DNA of 64,000 nucleotides from Anaerolineae bacterium (lineage in GTDB: Bacteria > Chloroflexota > Anaerolineae > Anaerolineales > Villigracilaceae): positions 3,390 to 67,389 of the forward strand of contig JABGQU010000001.1 in the NCBI GenBank assembly GCA_018648605.1, read 5' to 3'. Under the pieces are notes generated by a model that did no database searches, was not told the DNA's origin, and worked only from the letters and a program-made list of their open reading frames with translations. Made by a program: the position numbers and the translations under genes. Below are positions 42,652 to 52,282 of this stretch, one piece after another; positions within the stretch are counted from its first letter, which is position 1; every line of letters begins with the position of its first letter.

Positions 42652-44505
42652 CTAGCCCAAGGCTTCTTTCGCTCGCTTTGCCGCGCGTCCACGTTTGGTG
42701 CTGTCGAGAATGCGCTTACGAATACGGATCGATTCGGGGGTCACTTCAAGCAACTCGTCATCAGAAAGGTATTCGATGCACTCATCCAAACTCATCTGAC
42801 GCGGCGGTGTCAAGCGGACTTCCATATCTGCACCAGATGAACGCATATTGGTCAGATGTTTCTTCTTGCAGACATTCAAGTCTAAATCTTCATTTTTAAC
42901 ACGTTCCCCAACAACCATGCCTTCATAAACTTCTACACCTGGTTCAAGAAAGAAAGAGCCACGGTCTTCACCATTTTTGATTGCAAAAGCCGTTGTTTTT
43001 CCAGCTTCCCATGCTACCAAAGAGCCTGTCTGGCGCGTTTCCATCGGGCCAGCCATTTTCTCATAGTCGTGGAACTGCGTATTCATAATGCCCGTGCCAC
43101 GCGTAGCAGTCAGAAATTGATAACGGAAACCAAGCAAGCCACGCGTAGGTACAATATAGCTCACGCGCGTATTGCCATCGCCACCATCGTGCATTTCCAT
43201 CATGCGTCCACGGCGTCTACCCAGCATCTCGATCACCGTTCCGATCGTGTCGGGGCTGCTTTCGATATAAACCTTCTCATAAGGCTCCAGCTTTACACCC
43301 TTATCGCTTTCGCGGAAGATCACCTCAGGTCGCGAAACTTCAAGTTCGTAACCCTCACGGCGCATGGTTTCGATCAGGATCGCAAGATGTAATTCGCCAC
43401 GTCCGGAAACGGCGAAACGCTCGGCGCTATCCGTTTCTTCGACACGCAAGGCAACATTCGTGCGCAACTCTTCAAAGAGACGTTCACGTAGTTTTCGGGA
43501 TGTACTCCATTTGCCTTCACGTCCGGCAAAGGGGGATGTGTTGACGCCAAAGGTCATACGCACGGTCGGTTTTTCAACGCGGATGGTCGGTAAAGCACGC
43601 GGGAATTCGGGATCAGCAAGGGTTTCTCCGATTGCGATTCCGTCCAAGCCAGCCAGCGCGACGATCTCGCCCGCGCGTGCTTCCGCTACTTCAACTTTGC
43701 CCAATCCCTCATGCGTGTACAAATAACGTGCCTGCTCAGGTAGATTCTCGCCATCTGCTGTTAGGCGGGCAAGTTTCTGACCGGCTTTGATCTTCCCTGC
43801 GAAAACGCGACCGACTGCCGTCACGCCACGATATTCGTCATAACCGAGTGTGGTAACGAGCATCTGCAAGGGGGCGATCTCATCCACAACGGGAGCGGGA
43901 ATTTGCCGAAGAATGGTCTCAAATAACGGTTGCAAGTTCGGGCTAAGGTCGACCGAAAATCCAGCTTGTGCAGAAGTTGCTTTGGCATAAACGACGGTGA
44001 AATCAGCTTGTGTATCCGTCGCACCTAATTCAATAAAAAGATCAAACGTTTCGTTCAGTACGCGCTCAACATCGGCATCCTTGCGGTCAACTTTGTTGAT
44101 GACGACCACAGCCTGATGCCCAAGATTGAGGGCTTTTTTGAGCACAAAACGGGTTTGCGGCATAGGACCTTCGGCCGCATCGACGAGTAGCAACACGCCA
44201 TCGACCATATTGAGCACACGCTCAACTTCGCCGCCAAAATCGGCGTGACCAGGGGTATCGACGATATTGATCTTGACATCCTGTTTGGTCTCTTCGTCAA
44301 AGATCGTGATAGCGGTACTCTTCGCGAGAATTGTAATGCCGCGTTCGCGCTCAAGATCATTCGAATCCATGACGCGCTCAGCAACACGCTGATTTTCACG
44401 GAAGGTGTGCGCCTGACGGAGAAGCCCATCGACGAGGGTGGTTTTGCCATGATCGACATGCGCGATAATAGCGATATTACGGAGATCGGTTCGGGTAGTT
44501 TTCAT
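42652..44505 (-). CDS. typA: Translational GTPase TypA/BipA
   Basis: [31 protein letters not shown] and NKVDR G-motifs, with an EF-G-like domain order. Start at 44505 (alternative 44511) by SD spacing; the track start 44562 is an unlikely extension. Confidence 0.95.
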   Translation of the reverse strand: MKTTRTDLRNIAIIAHVDHGKTTLVDGLLRQAHTFRENQRVAERVMDSNDLERERGITILAKSTAITIFDEETKQDVKINIVDTPGHADFGGEVERVLNMVDGVLLLVDAAEGPMPQTRFVLKKALNLGHQAVVVINKVDRKDADVERVLNETFDLFIELGATDTQADFTVVYAKATSAQAGFSVDLSPNLQPLFETILRQIPAPVVDEIAPLQMLVTTLGYDEYRGVTAVGRVFAGKIKAGQKLARLTADGENLPEQARYLYTHEGLGKVEVAEARAGEIVALAGLDGIAIGETLADPEFPRALPTIRVEKPTVRMTFGVNTSPFAGREGKWSTSRKLRERLFEELRTNVALRVEETDSAERFAVSGRGELHLAILIETMRREGYELEVSRPEVIFRESDKGVKLEPYEKVYIESSPDTIGTVIEMLGRRRGRMMEMHDGGDGNTRVSYIVPTRGLLGFRYQFLTATRGTGIMNTQFHDYEKMAGPMETRQTGSLVAWEAGKTTAFAIKNGEDRGSFFLEPGVEVYEGMVVGERVKNEDLDLNVCKKKHLTNMRSSGADMEVRLTPPRQMSLDECIEYLSDDELLEVTPESIRIRKRILDSTKRGRAAKRAKEALG

Positions 44506-44711
44506 AATCATTTTCCTACAGTAGGGACACGATATTATCTTGTCCCTACGAGTAACCAACAAAAAACCCCGGCGGGTGAGTGCCGAGGCAAATTTCAGCG
44601 TTCAAGTGAGCTGTAGTTTATCAGAGAGTAGGCATTTTGGGTAGGGAGACAATGCAAATCAGAAATACAGATATTTCAATTTAGAGTAACTTTCTCCAGT
44701 ATAATCACTTC

Positions 44712-45338
44712 ATGGAAAAGAAACTTTATACAAGAGCTTTTTGGCTGGCAATTCTCACCGTTGGCTACAATCTCATTGAAGGGGTCGTGGCAATTTATTT
44801 TGGGCTGGAAGATGAAACGCTCGCGCTCTTTGGCTTTGGCGTGGATTCGTTCATAGAGGTACTTTCAGGCGCAGGGATCATCGCGATGATATTGCGTATT
44901 CGTCAAAACCCTGATACCGAACGCGGTGAATTCGAGAAGACCGCCTTGCGGATCACGGGCGTCAGTTTTTATATTTTAGCTGTGGGATTAACCGCAACAG
45001 TGATCGTAAATCTTATCAATGGACATAAGCCGGAAACCACTACAGCTGGTTTGATCATCTCGGCGATTTCAATATTCACCATGTGGCTGCTCATCCGCGC
45101 TAAACGCAATGTGGGCAATCAACTCAACTCTGCGCCGATCCTGGCAGATGCGAACTGTACATTGGTCTGCATGTATATGTCGTTGATATTGCTCGCATCC
45201 AGTGCGATCTATGCTTTAACAGGCTTCGGCTTTGTAGATAGTCTCGGTGCATTGGGTTTGGTCTATTTTTCATATAAAGAAGGAAAAGAAGCCTTTGAAA
45301 AAGCAAAAGGGATTGAATGCGGCTGTGAGACAGTCTAA
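44712..45338 (+). CDS. Cation-efflux (CDF-like) transmembrane-domain protein
   Basis: 208 aa, about six TM segments, FGVDSFIE motif in TM2 and a C-terminal GIECGCE tail. No cytoplasmic CDF domain. Confidence 0.65.
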   Translation: MEKKLYTRAFWLAILTVGYNLIEGVVAIYFGLEDETLALFGFGVDSFIEVLSGAGIIAMILRIRQNPDTERGEFEKTALRITGVSFYILAVGLTATVIVNLINGHKPETTTAGLIISAISIFTMWLLIRAKRNVGNQLNSAPILADANCTLVCMYMSLILLASSAIYALTGFGFVDSLGALGLVYFSYKEGKEAFEKAKGIECGCETV

Positions 45339-45339
45339 G

Positions 45340-45372
45340 AGGCTACAAAAGTCTTTAAGACTTTTGTAGCCT
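45340..45372 (+). terminator. Perfect 16-bp palindromic hairpin after the cation-efflux gene
   Basis: AGGCTACAAAAGTCTT T AAGACTTTTGTAGCCT, followed by GTGTTCTTT. Confidence 0.65.
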
Positions 45373-45405
45373 GTGTTCTTTGCAGGAATGCGTTAAAATA
45401 AGCGC

Positions 45406-46599
45406 ATGAAATACACCCTCTGGCTGGCGCTCATTTTCATCTTGGCTGCCTGCCAACCCCAAGCCCCCCTTGAAACAGTCGATATTTTAGATGGGGAAAA
45501 TTATATCTCGCAGTCTGCCGAGTCGCGCATCCCTGCGCAGATTTTAGAGTCGGCGGGTATCACGCTCAACCCCATCGACAGATTGCTCGTCAACGGACAA
45601 TTTTTCGATGTCAACACACCCCTGGATTGCGACGTTTGCACCCTCCAAATTCGGCGCGCGGTCACGATGACGCTCATTACACCAGATGGGGAGCAGACGC
45701 TCATTTCAGCCGCGCTCAGCATTGGGGACGCGCTAAATGAATACGGGATACAACTCCACACAACTGATTTCCTCGACCCGCCCGCCGGGACGCCTGCTGC
45801 TGACCAATTAAAGATCACCTATCGACCCTCACGTCCGCTTGCCATTCTCGTGGACGGGCAGATCATTCCCATCCGCTCCTCGGCGGAGACGGTTGGTGGA
45901 GCGCTGCTTGAGGGCGGCATTCCGCTCATTGGATTGGATGCAAGCCAACCATCCGAGTTCGATCAGCTGCCCATTGATGGGCAGATCCGCGTGATTCGTA
46001 TTGTCGAAAAAATCGAACTGGAGCAGACCGAGATCCCCTTTGAAGTTGAATATATTCCCTCGAACGAGATCGCTGTGGACGAGGAAGAAATCCTTGAGCC
46101 CGGGCAAACGGGGTTGATCGTCAGCCGCACACGCGTACGTTATGAAGACGGCATAGAGGTTTCGCGCATTAGCGAAGAAGAGCGCACGGTGCGCAAACCC
46201 AGCACGCAGGTCGTTGGTTATGGTACGCAATATGTTTTGAAAACAGCAATTGTGGACGGGCGCGAAATAGAATATTGGCGCGCCATTCAGGTCTATGCGA
46301 CATCCTATTCGCCCTGCAATTCCGGCGCAGATCGCTGCTACCCGAACACAGCCAGCGGTATTCCTGTGCAGCAAGGTGTGATCGCTGTGATCCGCTCGTG
46401 GTATAACGCCATGCAGGGACAGGCGGTTTACGTGCCCGGTTATGGGCAGGCTACCATAGAAGATATTGGCGCAGGCTTCCCCGATAAAGACTGGATCGAT
46501 CTGGGCTACACAGACGAAGCCTACCCGGGTTTGAGCAGATGGGTCACGCTCTACTTTTTGCCTCCTGTGCCTGCAAATGCGCTTTGGGTTTTGGAGTAA
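45406..46599 (+). CDS. YabE-like cell-wall protein: three DUF348 repeats, G5 domain, 3D (RlpA-like) domain
   Basis: Lipobox LAAC. Three repeats of the ..G...I.S.A.T+G.AL.E.GI.L pattern. G5 segment VRYEDGIEVSR...VVGYGT. C-terminal ATSYSPC...VYVPGYGQATIEDIG. Confidence 0.8.
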   Translation: MKYTLWLALIFILAACQPQAPLETVDILDGENYISQSAESRIPAQILESAGITLNPIDRLLVNGQFFDVNTPLDCDVCTLQIRRAVTMTLITPDGEQTLISAALSIGDALNEYGIQLHTTDFLDPPAGTPAADQLKITYRPSRPLAILVDGQIIPIRSSAETVGGALLEGGIPLIGLDASQPSEFDQLPIDGQIRVIRIVEKIELEQTEIPFEVEYIPSNEIAVDEEEILEPGQTGLIVSRTRVRYEDGIEVSRISEEERTVRKPSTQVVGYGTQYVLKTAIVDGREIEYWRAIQVYATSYSPCNSGADRCYPNTASGIPVQQGVIAVIRSWYNAMQGQAVYVPGYGQATIEDIGAGFPDKDWIDLGYTDEAYPGLSRWVTLYFLPPVPANALWVLE

Positions 46600-46700
46600 G
46601 ACTATATAAAGCAAGATAAAGCTTGCGCAATCCTGTCTCTGCGAGGAGGGCTTTAGCCCGACGTGGCAGTCTCCCTTGCAGAATGGAAGAATTCTTCACT

Positions 46701-47864
46701 ATGACAAAACTTCAGAAAATCATTCTCCTTTTCTTGTTCATCGGTATCTGTGTATTCGGTATTCTTAGCGCAGGGATGATCTCTCAGCTTTGGCTCAAAC
46801 CCTTGGGTCCTTCGTTGCAACTCCCTGCGAATACCTATCTTCCTGCTGCAACCTTCCCGCCAACGTGGACGCCCTTCGTAGAAGAAAATCTCGCCCCCGG
46901 GCATCCATCCACAGGCACGCCTGCGCCAGCAGCCACGGCAACCGCTACGCCTCGCACTGCGGTATGTGGCGGTCCTGATGCGATGATGATCCTCGCCATC
47001 GGCTCCGACCAGCGCGGCGACAGTTATCTCTACGGTCTGGGGGATGTCATCCGCCTGGTGCGTGTGGATTTTCTTAACCCAGGCGTTAGCATTATGTCGT
47101 TACCGCGCGATCTTTACGTAGAGATCCCCGGCATATCCGATCATTACGACATCACACATGGCAAGCTCAACCAATCTTATCTTTACGGCAACCCGGGTTT
47201 CGGCTATTATGACGGCGCCGGCCTTGGCCCTGGGTTGATGGCGCGCACGCTTGCGCATAATTTCGGCGCACAGCCCGATCAATACATCGCCGTCAATATG
47301 CAAACTTTCGTCAACATTGTTAATGCTGTTGATGGCATCACTGTCACCCTTGACGAGACCATCGACGGGCGCGCCGCCGACCAGACTAGTCGTGACGATC
47401 TTGTTTTTTATGCTGGCACGCATTATCTTTCTGGTAAAGAAGCATTGCAGCTTGCACGCCTGCGCCCTTACGGTGTTTTCAATCGTGCCAAAGCGCAAAA
47501 CGAAGTACTTTGTGGTCTATATGAAAAACTCCTCAGCCCCAGCGTCGTTGGCAATATTCCAGGTGTGATCAACTCTTTCGAAAATAATGTTCAAACCGAT
47601 CTCAGCCCGGCACAGATCGGCCAGCTTACCTGCCTTGCCACCCAATTAGATGGCAGCAATATCACCTTCTACAATTGGCCCGAAGACATCTTTGTCGGGA
47701 CGCGTGTGGACGACCCCGTTTTGGGACGTACCTTTATCTGGGATGTGGATTTCGATTTGATGCGTAGCTACATAGACGCATTCTCTCGTGGAGAGTGGCT
47801 TGCTACCGTCCAATCAGAATCTACTGAAACCGAAGAATTCCCCCCTACATCCTTTTGCGACTAA
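46701..47864 (+). CDS. LytR-CpsA-Psr (LCP) family cell-envelope phosphotransferase
   Basis: N-terminal TM helix. MMILAIGSDQRGD...DVIRLVRVDF...SLPRDLYVEIPG...KLNQSY motifs. Start set at the Met preceding the TM helix. Confidence 0.85.
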   Translation: MTKLQKIILLFLFIGICVFGILSAGMISQLWLKPLGPSLQLPANTYLPAATFPPTWTPFVEENLAPGHPSTGTPAPAATATATPRTAVCGGPDAMMILAIGSDQRGDSYLYGLGDVIRLVRVDFLNPGVSIMSLPRDLYVEIPGISDHYDITHGKLNQSYLYGNPGFGYYDGAGLGPGLMARTLAHNFGAQPDQYIAVNMQTFVNIVNAVDGITVTLDETIDGRAADQTSRDDLVFYAGTHYLSGKEALQLARLRPYGVFNRAKAQNEVLCGLYEKLLSPSVVGNIPGVINSFENNVQTDLSPAQIGQLTCLATQLDGSNITFYNWPEDIFVGTRVDDPVLGRTFIWDVDFDLMRSYIDAFSRGEWLATVQSESTETEEFPPTSFCD

Positions 47865-47868
47865 ACTT

Positions 47869-48711
47869 ATGCCATCTTCAATGCCTCCCCCTATCAATAC
47901 CGCCGAACTGCTTCGTGAACACGGTCTGCGCCCCAGCAAAAAACTGGGGCAAAATTTCCTTCAAGACCCTGCTATTTTAGATAAGATCGTTCAAATTGCA
48001 GAAGTAACCGAGAATGATACCGTTCTTGAGATCGGACCAGGGCTCGGCAGCCTTACACGCCACCTTGCTTTAAGCGCAAAAGAGGTGGTCGCCATCGAGA
48101 TCGACAAGAAGATCATCCCCGCGCTAAGAGCTTCTCTTGACGGCTACTCAAATGTAAAAGTTATCGAAGGGGATGTGCTTGAGACCGTCCCCGCTGAGGT
48201 TATCAACGCATCTGAATATCTGGTTGTTGCCAATATCCCCTACTACATCACCTCTGCGATTTTGCGACATCTGCTTGAAAATAATCCCCGCCCCAGCCGG
48301 ATGGTGCTCACCATCCAAAAGGAAGTTGCGCAGCGTATTTGTGCTAACAAAGGAAAAATGAGCTTGCTGGCCTTAAGCGTGCATGTTTACGGGCATCCCG
48401 AAATTATTGCAAATATCCCCGCAGGGGCTTTCTACCCACTTCCAAAAGTGGATTCGGCAGTCATTCGGATTGCACTTCATGATGAGCCGCGCATCCCCGT
48501 TTATCTCTTAGATGCTTTCTTCCGTCTTGCAAAAGCAGGCTTCGGGCAGAAAAGAAAAACCCTGCGAAATTCTTTGTCCGCAGGGCTACATATTCCTACA
48601 TCTCAGAGCGAGGAACTGCTTATCAACTCAGGCATTGAGCCTCGTCGACGAGCCGAAACTTTGACTCTCGAAGAATGGGTACTGTTGACTGAAAACTGGT
48701 CGAAAAGCTAG
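47869..48711 (+). CDS. rsmA: 16S rRNA (adenine1518/1519-N6)-dimethyltransferase
   Basis: KKLGQNFL, EIGPGLGSLT and NIPYYITS motifs. The in-frame ATG at 47869 follows the LCP stop. Confidence 0.9.
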   Translation: MPSSMPPPINTAELLREHGLRPSKKLGQNFLQDPAILDKIVQIAEVTENDTVLEIGPGLGSLTRHLALSAKEVVAIEIDKKIIPALRASLDGYSNVKVIEGDVLETVPAEVINASEYLVVANIPYYITSAILRHLLENNPRPSRMVLTIQKEVAQRICANKGKMSLLALSVHVYGHPEIIANIPAGAFYPLPKVDSAVIRIALHDEPRIPVYLLDAFFRLAKAGFGQKRKTLRNSLSAGLHIPTSQSEELLINSGIEPRRRAETLTLEEWVLLTENWSKS

Positions 48712-48718
48712 AAGCGTT

Positions 48719-50089
48719 TTACTTTGTATCCTTCTTCCCTTTTAGCACAATTCGGATCGGTGTGCCGGGGAAATTAAAGGCTTCCCGAATACGATTCTCT
48801 AAAAAGCGCCGATAGGAAAAATGCATTAGCCTGGGATCATTCACATAGATCAAGAAGGTCGGCGGATCAGAACGCACCTGCGTAGCATAATAGAGTTTCA
48901 ATTGCTTCCCTGCCTGTGAAGGTGCAGGGTGTGCATCCTGTGCCTCGCGTAAGATTTTGTTGAGCTGCGAAGTGGGGATGCGTGCCAAACGTGCATCTTG
49001 CACCTGCAATGCCAACGGTAAAACCTTATCCACACGCTGACCGGTTATTGCCGAGATAAAAAGCAGGGGGACGTAAGGCATGAAATTCAACTCACTAAGA
49101 ATCTTCTCAGTGTAATAATTCATCGTGTACGTATCTTTTTGAACAGCATCCCATTTATTGACAAGAACAATCGTGCTTTTCCACGCGTCGAGGATATAGC
49201 CTGCAATATGCAAATCCTGCGCAGTAATCCCTATTTCAGCATCCACCATCAACAACGCCACATCAGCGCGTTCAATGGCTTTGTGAGCGCGTACAACGCT
49301 AAAACGCTCCACACCAGGGTCGATTTTGCCACGTCTGCGAATTCCGGCTGTATCGATCAGGGTTAATGGAACGCCTTCATATTCAAATAGCGTATCGACC
49401 GCATCACGTGTCGTCCCCGCGATGGGGCTAACGATCGCGCGTTCCTGACCGACAAGTTTATTAAGCAAACTGGACTTGCCTGCATTAGGCTTGCCCACAA
49501 TCGCAATTTTGACAGAGTCGTCGGCTTCAGCCTCGGTTTCGGGGAAAGCCTTCACGACCATATCGAGCAGATCACCGACATTGGCACCATGAATGGCGGA
49601 GATCGGGAAAGGTTCACCCAGCCCAAGTTCATAGAATTCAGCGGCTGCTGCGCGCCGTGCTTCATTTTCGCATTTATTCACAACGAGGTAAATTGGGGGC
49701 CAGAAGCTGCCATCCTCCAGTTTTTTCTGGCTGCGACGTAATATTTGCGCAACCTCTTTGTCTGGGGATGTCGGACCGCTGCCGCCATCTGTTAAAAAGA
49801 TGACCGCATCCGATTGTTCGATGGCAACTTGTGCTTGGGTTCGGATATCCGTGATAAAGTCTGCCGAGCCAACCGAAAGGGGAGTGTCGCCACCGTGGGT
49901 CGGGTCGATCCCGCCGGTGTCCATCACATCAAAATAAACGCCGCTCCACTCTGCCTCTGCAAGAATTCGATCTCGTGTGGTGCCGGGGACATCGTCTACA
50001 ATTGCTAAACGTTCTCCCGCCAGACGATTAAAAAGGGTGCTTTTGCCCACATTTGGACGCCCAACAAGGGCTACAACAGATTTTCTCAT
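48719..50089 (-). CDS. der: Ribosome-associated GTPase Der (EngA)
   Basis: Two tandem G domains (GRPNVGKST and GKPNAGKSS, DTGG/DTAG, NKCE/NKWD) plus a KH-like C-terminus. Confidence 0.95.
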   Translation of the reverse strand: MRKSVVALVGRPNVGKSTLFNRLAGERLAIVDDVPGTTRDRILAEAEWSGVYFDVMDTGGIDPTHGGDTPLSVGSADFITDIRTQAQVAIEQSDAVIFLTDGGSGPTSPDKEVAQILRRSQKKLEDGSFWPPIYLVVNKCENEARRAAAAEFYELGLGEPFPISAIHGANVGDLLDMVVKAFPETEAEADDSVKIAIVGKPNAGKSSLLNKLVGQERAIVSPIAGTTRDAVDTLFEYEGVPLTLIDTAGIRRRGKIDPGVERFSVVRAHKAIERADVALLMVDAEIGITAQDLHIAGYILDAWKSTIVLVNKWDAVQKDTYTMNYYTEKILSELNFMPYVPLLFISAITGQRVDKVLPLALQVQDARLARIPTSQLNKILREAQDAHPAPSQAGKQLKLYYATQVRSDPPTFLIYVNDPRLMHFSYRRFLENRIREAFNFPGTPIRIVLKGKKDTK

Positions 50090-50113
50090 AAGGTTTTTCT
50101 CTATCTAAAATAA

Positions 50114-51361
50114 CTAAGGTTGCGCAGTAGGTGTCGCTAGAACTACTTCGCTCAGGATCACTTCAACGCTTTCAGGGAGAATTGATTCTACCTGAATTGC
50201 ACTGTTTAAAATTTCAACTTTAGGGGTTAGCTGATGAGTGCCAGTACCCAAGCCATCTACATCTACGATAACGCGTAAATCAGTAGGGCTAAGTGTTTCG
50301 AGGATATTCAAAGGGCCAGATACGATCACATCCACTGTAAACGAGGAGAGCGTGGCAGTTAGCGCCGGATCAAGGTTGATTACTTCGAGGTGTTTTTCAG
50401 AAATTGTAAGGCTTCCTAAAATTGCCTCAACACTGGCTTGAACTAAAACAGTTTGGTCCCCGATGAGAGTTATATTTTCAGGCAAAATCAAATTCAGGTG
50501 TGCAGAAATATCCTCGCTAATGCCGCTAATATCCAAGATCTCGGTTTCAACTACGCCCGGCAATTCGCTGATAAGTTGCGCATCGGCAGAATACGTTGTC
50601 ACAACCGGAGGGAAAACAGAAATATTTGTCAGGCGATATAGGTTGGCAACTTGCCCACTAATGGTCACTTTGACCGCAACATCTCGATAGCCACCCTGCT
50701 GACTAATGGGGATGATTAACTGGGTTGTTGTAGGCGTAAGGTTGATGCCTGTTACCGTCTGATTTTCTACATCTAAGATTTCCAAAGTAAGACGCTCGTC
50801 AATATTCTCGCGAGTGTCACTCAGATCAAAACTTGCTTGCACAATAGCGACGCTTTCCACTAGGGATTTTGGGCCTGAGATCGTCGCCTCTTGAACAGAG
50901 TTTTCGAGATCACCTGCTTGATACCCTACCGAAGGCGCGCCTGTCAAATTTAGCTGCACAGGAAGCGTACGCGTTGCCAATTCTTCCAAATGGATCTCAA
51001 CTTCGATGGGTGAAACAGAAATAATTCTGACAGGTTGCGTGCTGATCTGGATTTGCGGCTCAAGCAGATACTCACCTGCGCTTAGACCTGAAAGGTCAAG
51101 AATGGCGTGGACGCTATCGTCGTCTGCTGTCAATTGTCCCCAAATGGAACGGGGCGCACGCAGGGTTAACTCGATCTGCTTCGAATAAGTATTGGTGATG
51201 AGAAGATCAGTGCCTTGCCCCACGATCTCGATCTGGATCGGTGCTGGATAGGTGAGTACCTCGTCTGGGTCTGAATCGTTAACTGCTGCAACCCAAACGC
51301 CTATTGCGAGAAAGAGAGCGAGAAAAAAAGTGCCGATATTTTTGCCAAGCCAGCGAAACAT
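50114..51361 (-). CDS. cdaR: YbbR-domain protein (CdaR-type regulator of diadenylate cyclase)
   Basis: N-terminal TM helix followed by repeated about 90-aa YbbR-like beta modules. The ATG at 51361 is 1 nt after the cdaA stop. Confidence 0.75.
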   Translation of the reverse strand: MFRWLGKNIGTFFLALFLAIGVWVAAVNDSDPDEVLTYPAPIQIEIVGQGTDLLITNTYSKQIELTLRAPRSIWGQLTADDDSVHAILDLSGLSAGEYLLEPQIQISTQPVRIISVSPIEVEIHLEELATRTLPVQLNLTGAPSVGYQAGDLENSVQEATISGPKSLVESVAIVQASFDLSDTRENIDERLTLEILDVENQTVTGINLTPTTTQLIIPISQQGGYRDVAVKVTISGQVANLYRLTNISVFPPVVTTYSADAQLISELPGVVETEILDISGISEDISAHLNLILPENITLIGDQTVLVQASVEAILGSLTISEKHLEVINLDPALTATLSSFTVDVIVSGPLNILETLSPTDLRVIVDVDGLGTGTHQLTPKVEILNSAIQVESILPESVEVILSEVVLATPTAQP

Positions 51362-51362
51362 A

Positions 51363-52232
51363 TTATTCTTCTTTGCGATTAAAAAGGAAGGGGAGATAAC
51401 GCTCAAGCAGTCCAGCGCTGCGTGTTAGTCCTGATGGTCGATAAAAGGCTACCAGGATATTTTCTAAGCGTTCTGGGCTAAGCTCCCGGATGATACGCCC
51501 GCTCTGTGCAATGGAGATATCTCCATTTTCTTCGGAAACGACCAGTGCAAGCGAATCGCTTACTTCCGAGATGCCTAAGGCGGCGCGATGCCGAAGTCCC
51601 ATCTGGCGTTCGGGGGAGTGGGTCAGGATTCCACTGGCAGAGAGGGGCATAATACTGGAAGCGGAAGCAACTTCAAAGTTGGCGATGATGACGGCGCCAT
51701 CATGCAGGGGCGTATTTGGATAAAATATCTGCAACAACAATTCGGGCGTGACGAGTGAGTTCATCCGCACGCCAGTTTCGATATATTCTTCAAGATTATC
51801 CAGGCGTTGCAAAATGATCAGTGCCCCGTGCTGGCGTGCTGAGAGACGCGCGGTTGCGCTGATAAGAGCAGATACCATCTCATCGAGCTTGGCTTCTGTG
51901 CTTGTTCCGCTAGAGGGCAAAATAAAACCGGCACGTCCGATCCTTTCAAGGGTACGTCGAATTTCCGGTGCAAAAATAACCGGAATTGCCAAAAGTAAGG
52001 CAGGCAGCGTCGTGTTGATCAACCATGAGAAAGCAGGTAGGTCTAATAAGCTGGTCAGGAAAACAATGAAAACAACCAGAAGAAGAACGCCTCTCAGGAG
52101 TGTCATTGCTTGCGTATCACGCAAGATATATAACAGGATGAAGAAGATCAGCGCAACGAGCAGAATGTCTATAACACTCAGCCAGTCGAGGCGCTGAAAG
52201 AAGAAGAGGAGGTCGCTTAGGAAGTTAGTCAC
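51363..52232 (-). CDS. cdaA: Diadenylate cyclase CdaA
   Basis: Three N-terminal TM helices. DAC domain motifs HGALIIL, DGAVII and GLRHRAALG. Confidence 0.9.
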   Translation of the reverse strand: MTNFLSDLLFFFQRLDWLSVIDILLVALIFFILLYILRDTQAMTLLRGVLLLVVFIVFLTSLLDLPAFSWLINTTLPALLLAIPVIFAPEIRRTLERIGRAGFILPSSGTSTEAKLDEMVSALISATARLSARQHGALIILQRLDNLEEYIETGVRMNSLVTPELLLQIFYPNTPLHDGAVIIANFEVASASSIMPLSASGILTHSPERQMGLRHRAALGISEVSDSLALVVSEENGDISIAQSGRIIRELSPERLENILVAFYRPSGLTRSAGLLERYLPFLFNRKEE

Positions 52233-52282
52233 AGAGGTTAGAGGAGAAAATTGGGCTGGAGTTCCAGCCCAATTTAAGTGAT

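Noticed and set aside
45829-46614. Long antisense or alternative-frame ORFs. These are 45829..46614 (261 aa), 61377..62033 (218 aa), 23610..24230 (206 aa), 34575..35081 (168 aa) and 41444..41938 (164 aa).
   Set aside because: Each lies entirely inside a well-supported gene with clear family motifs (yabE-like, mfd, Grx::DUF2085, mtaD, lipoprotein). Their translations are Arg/Cys/His-rich low-complexity strings typical of shadow ORFs. They have no SD or promoter context.
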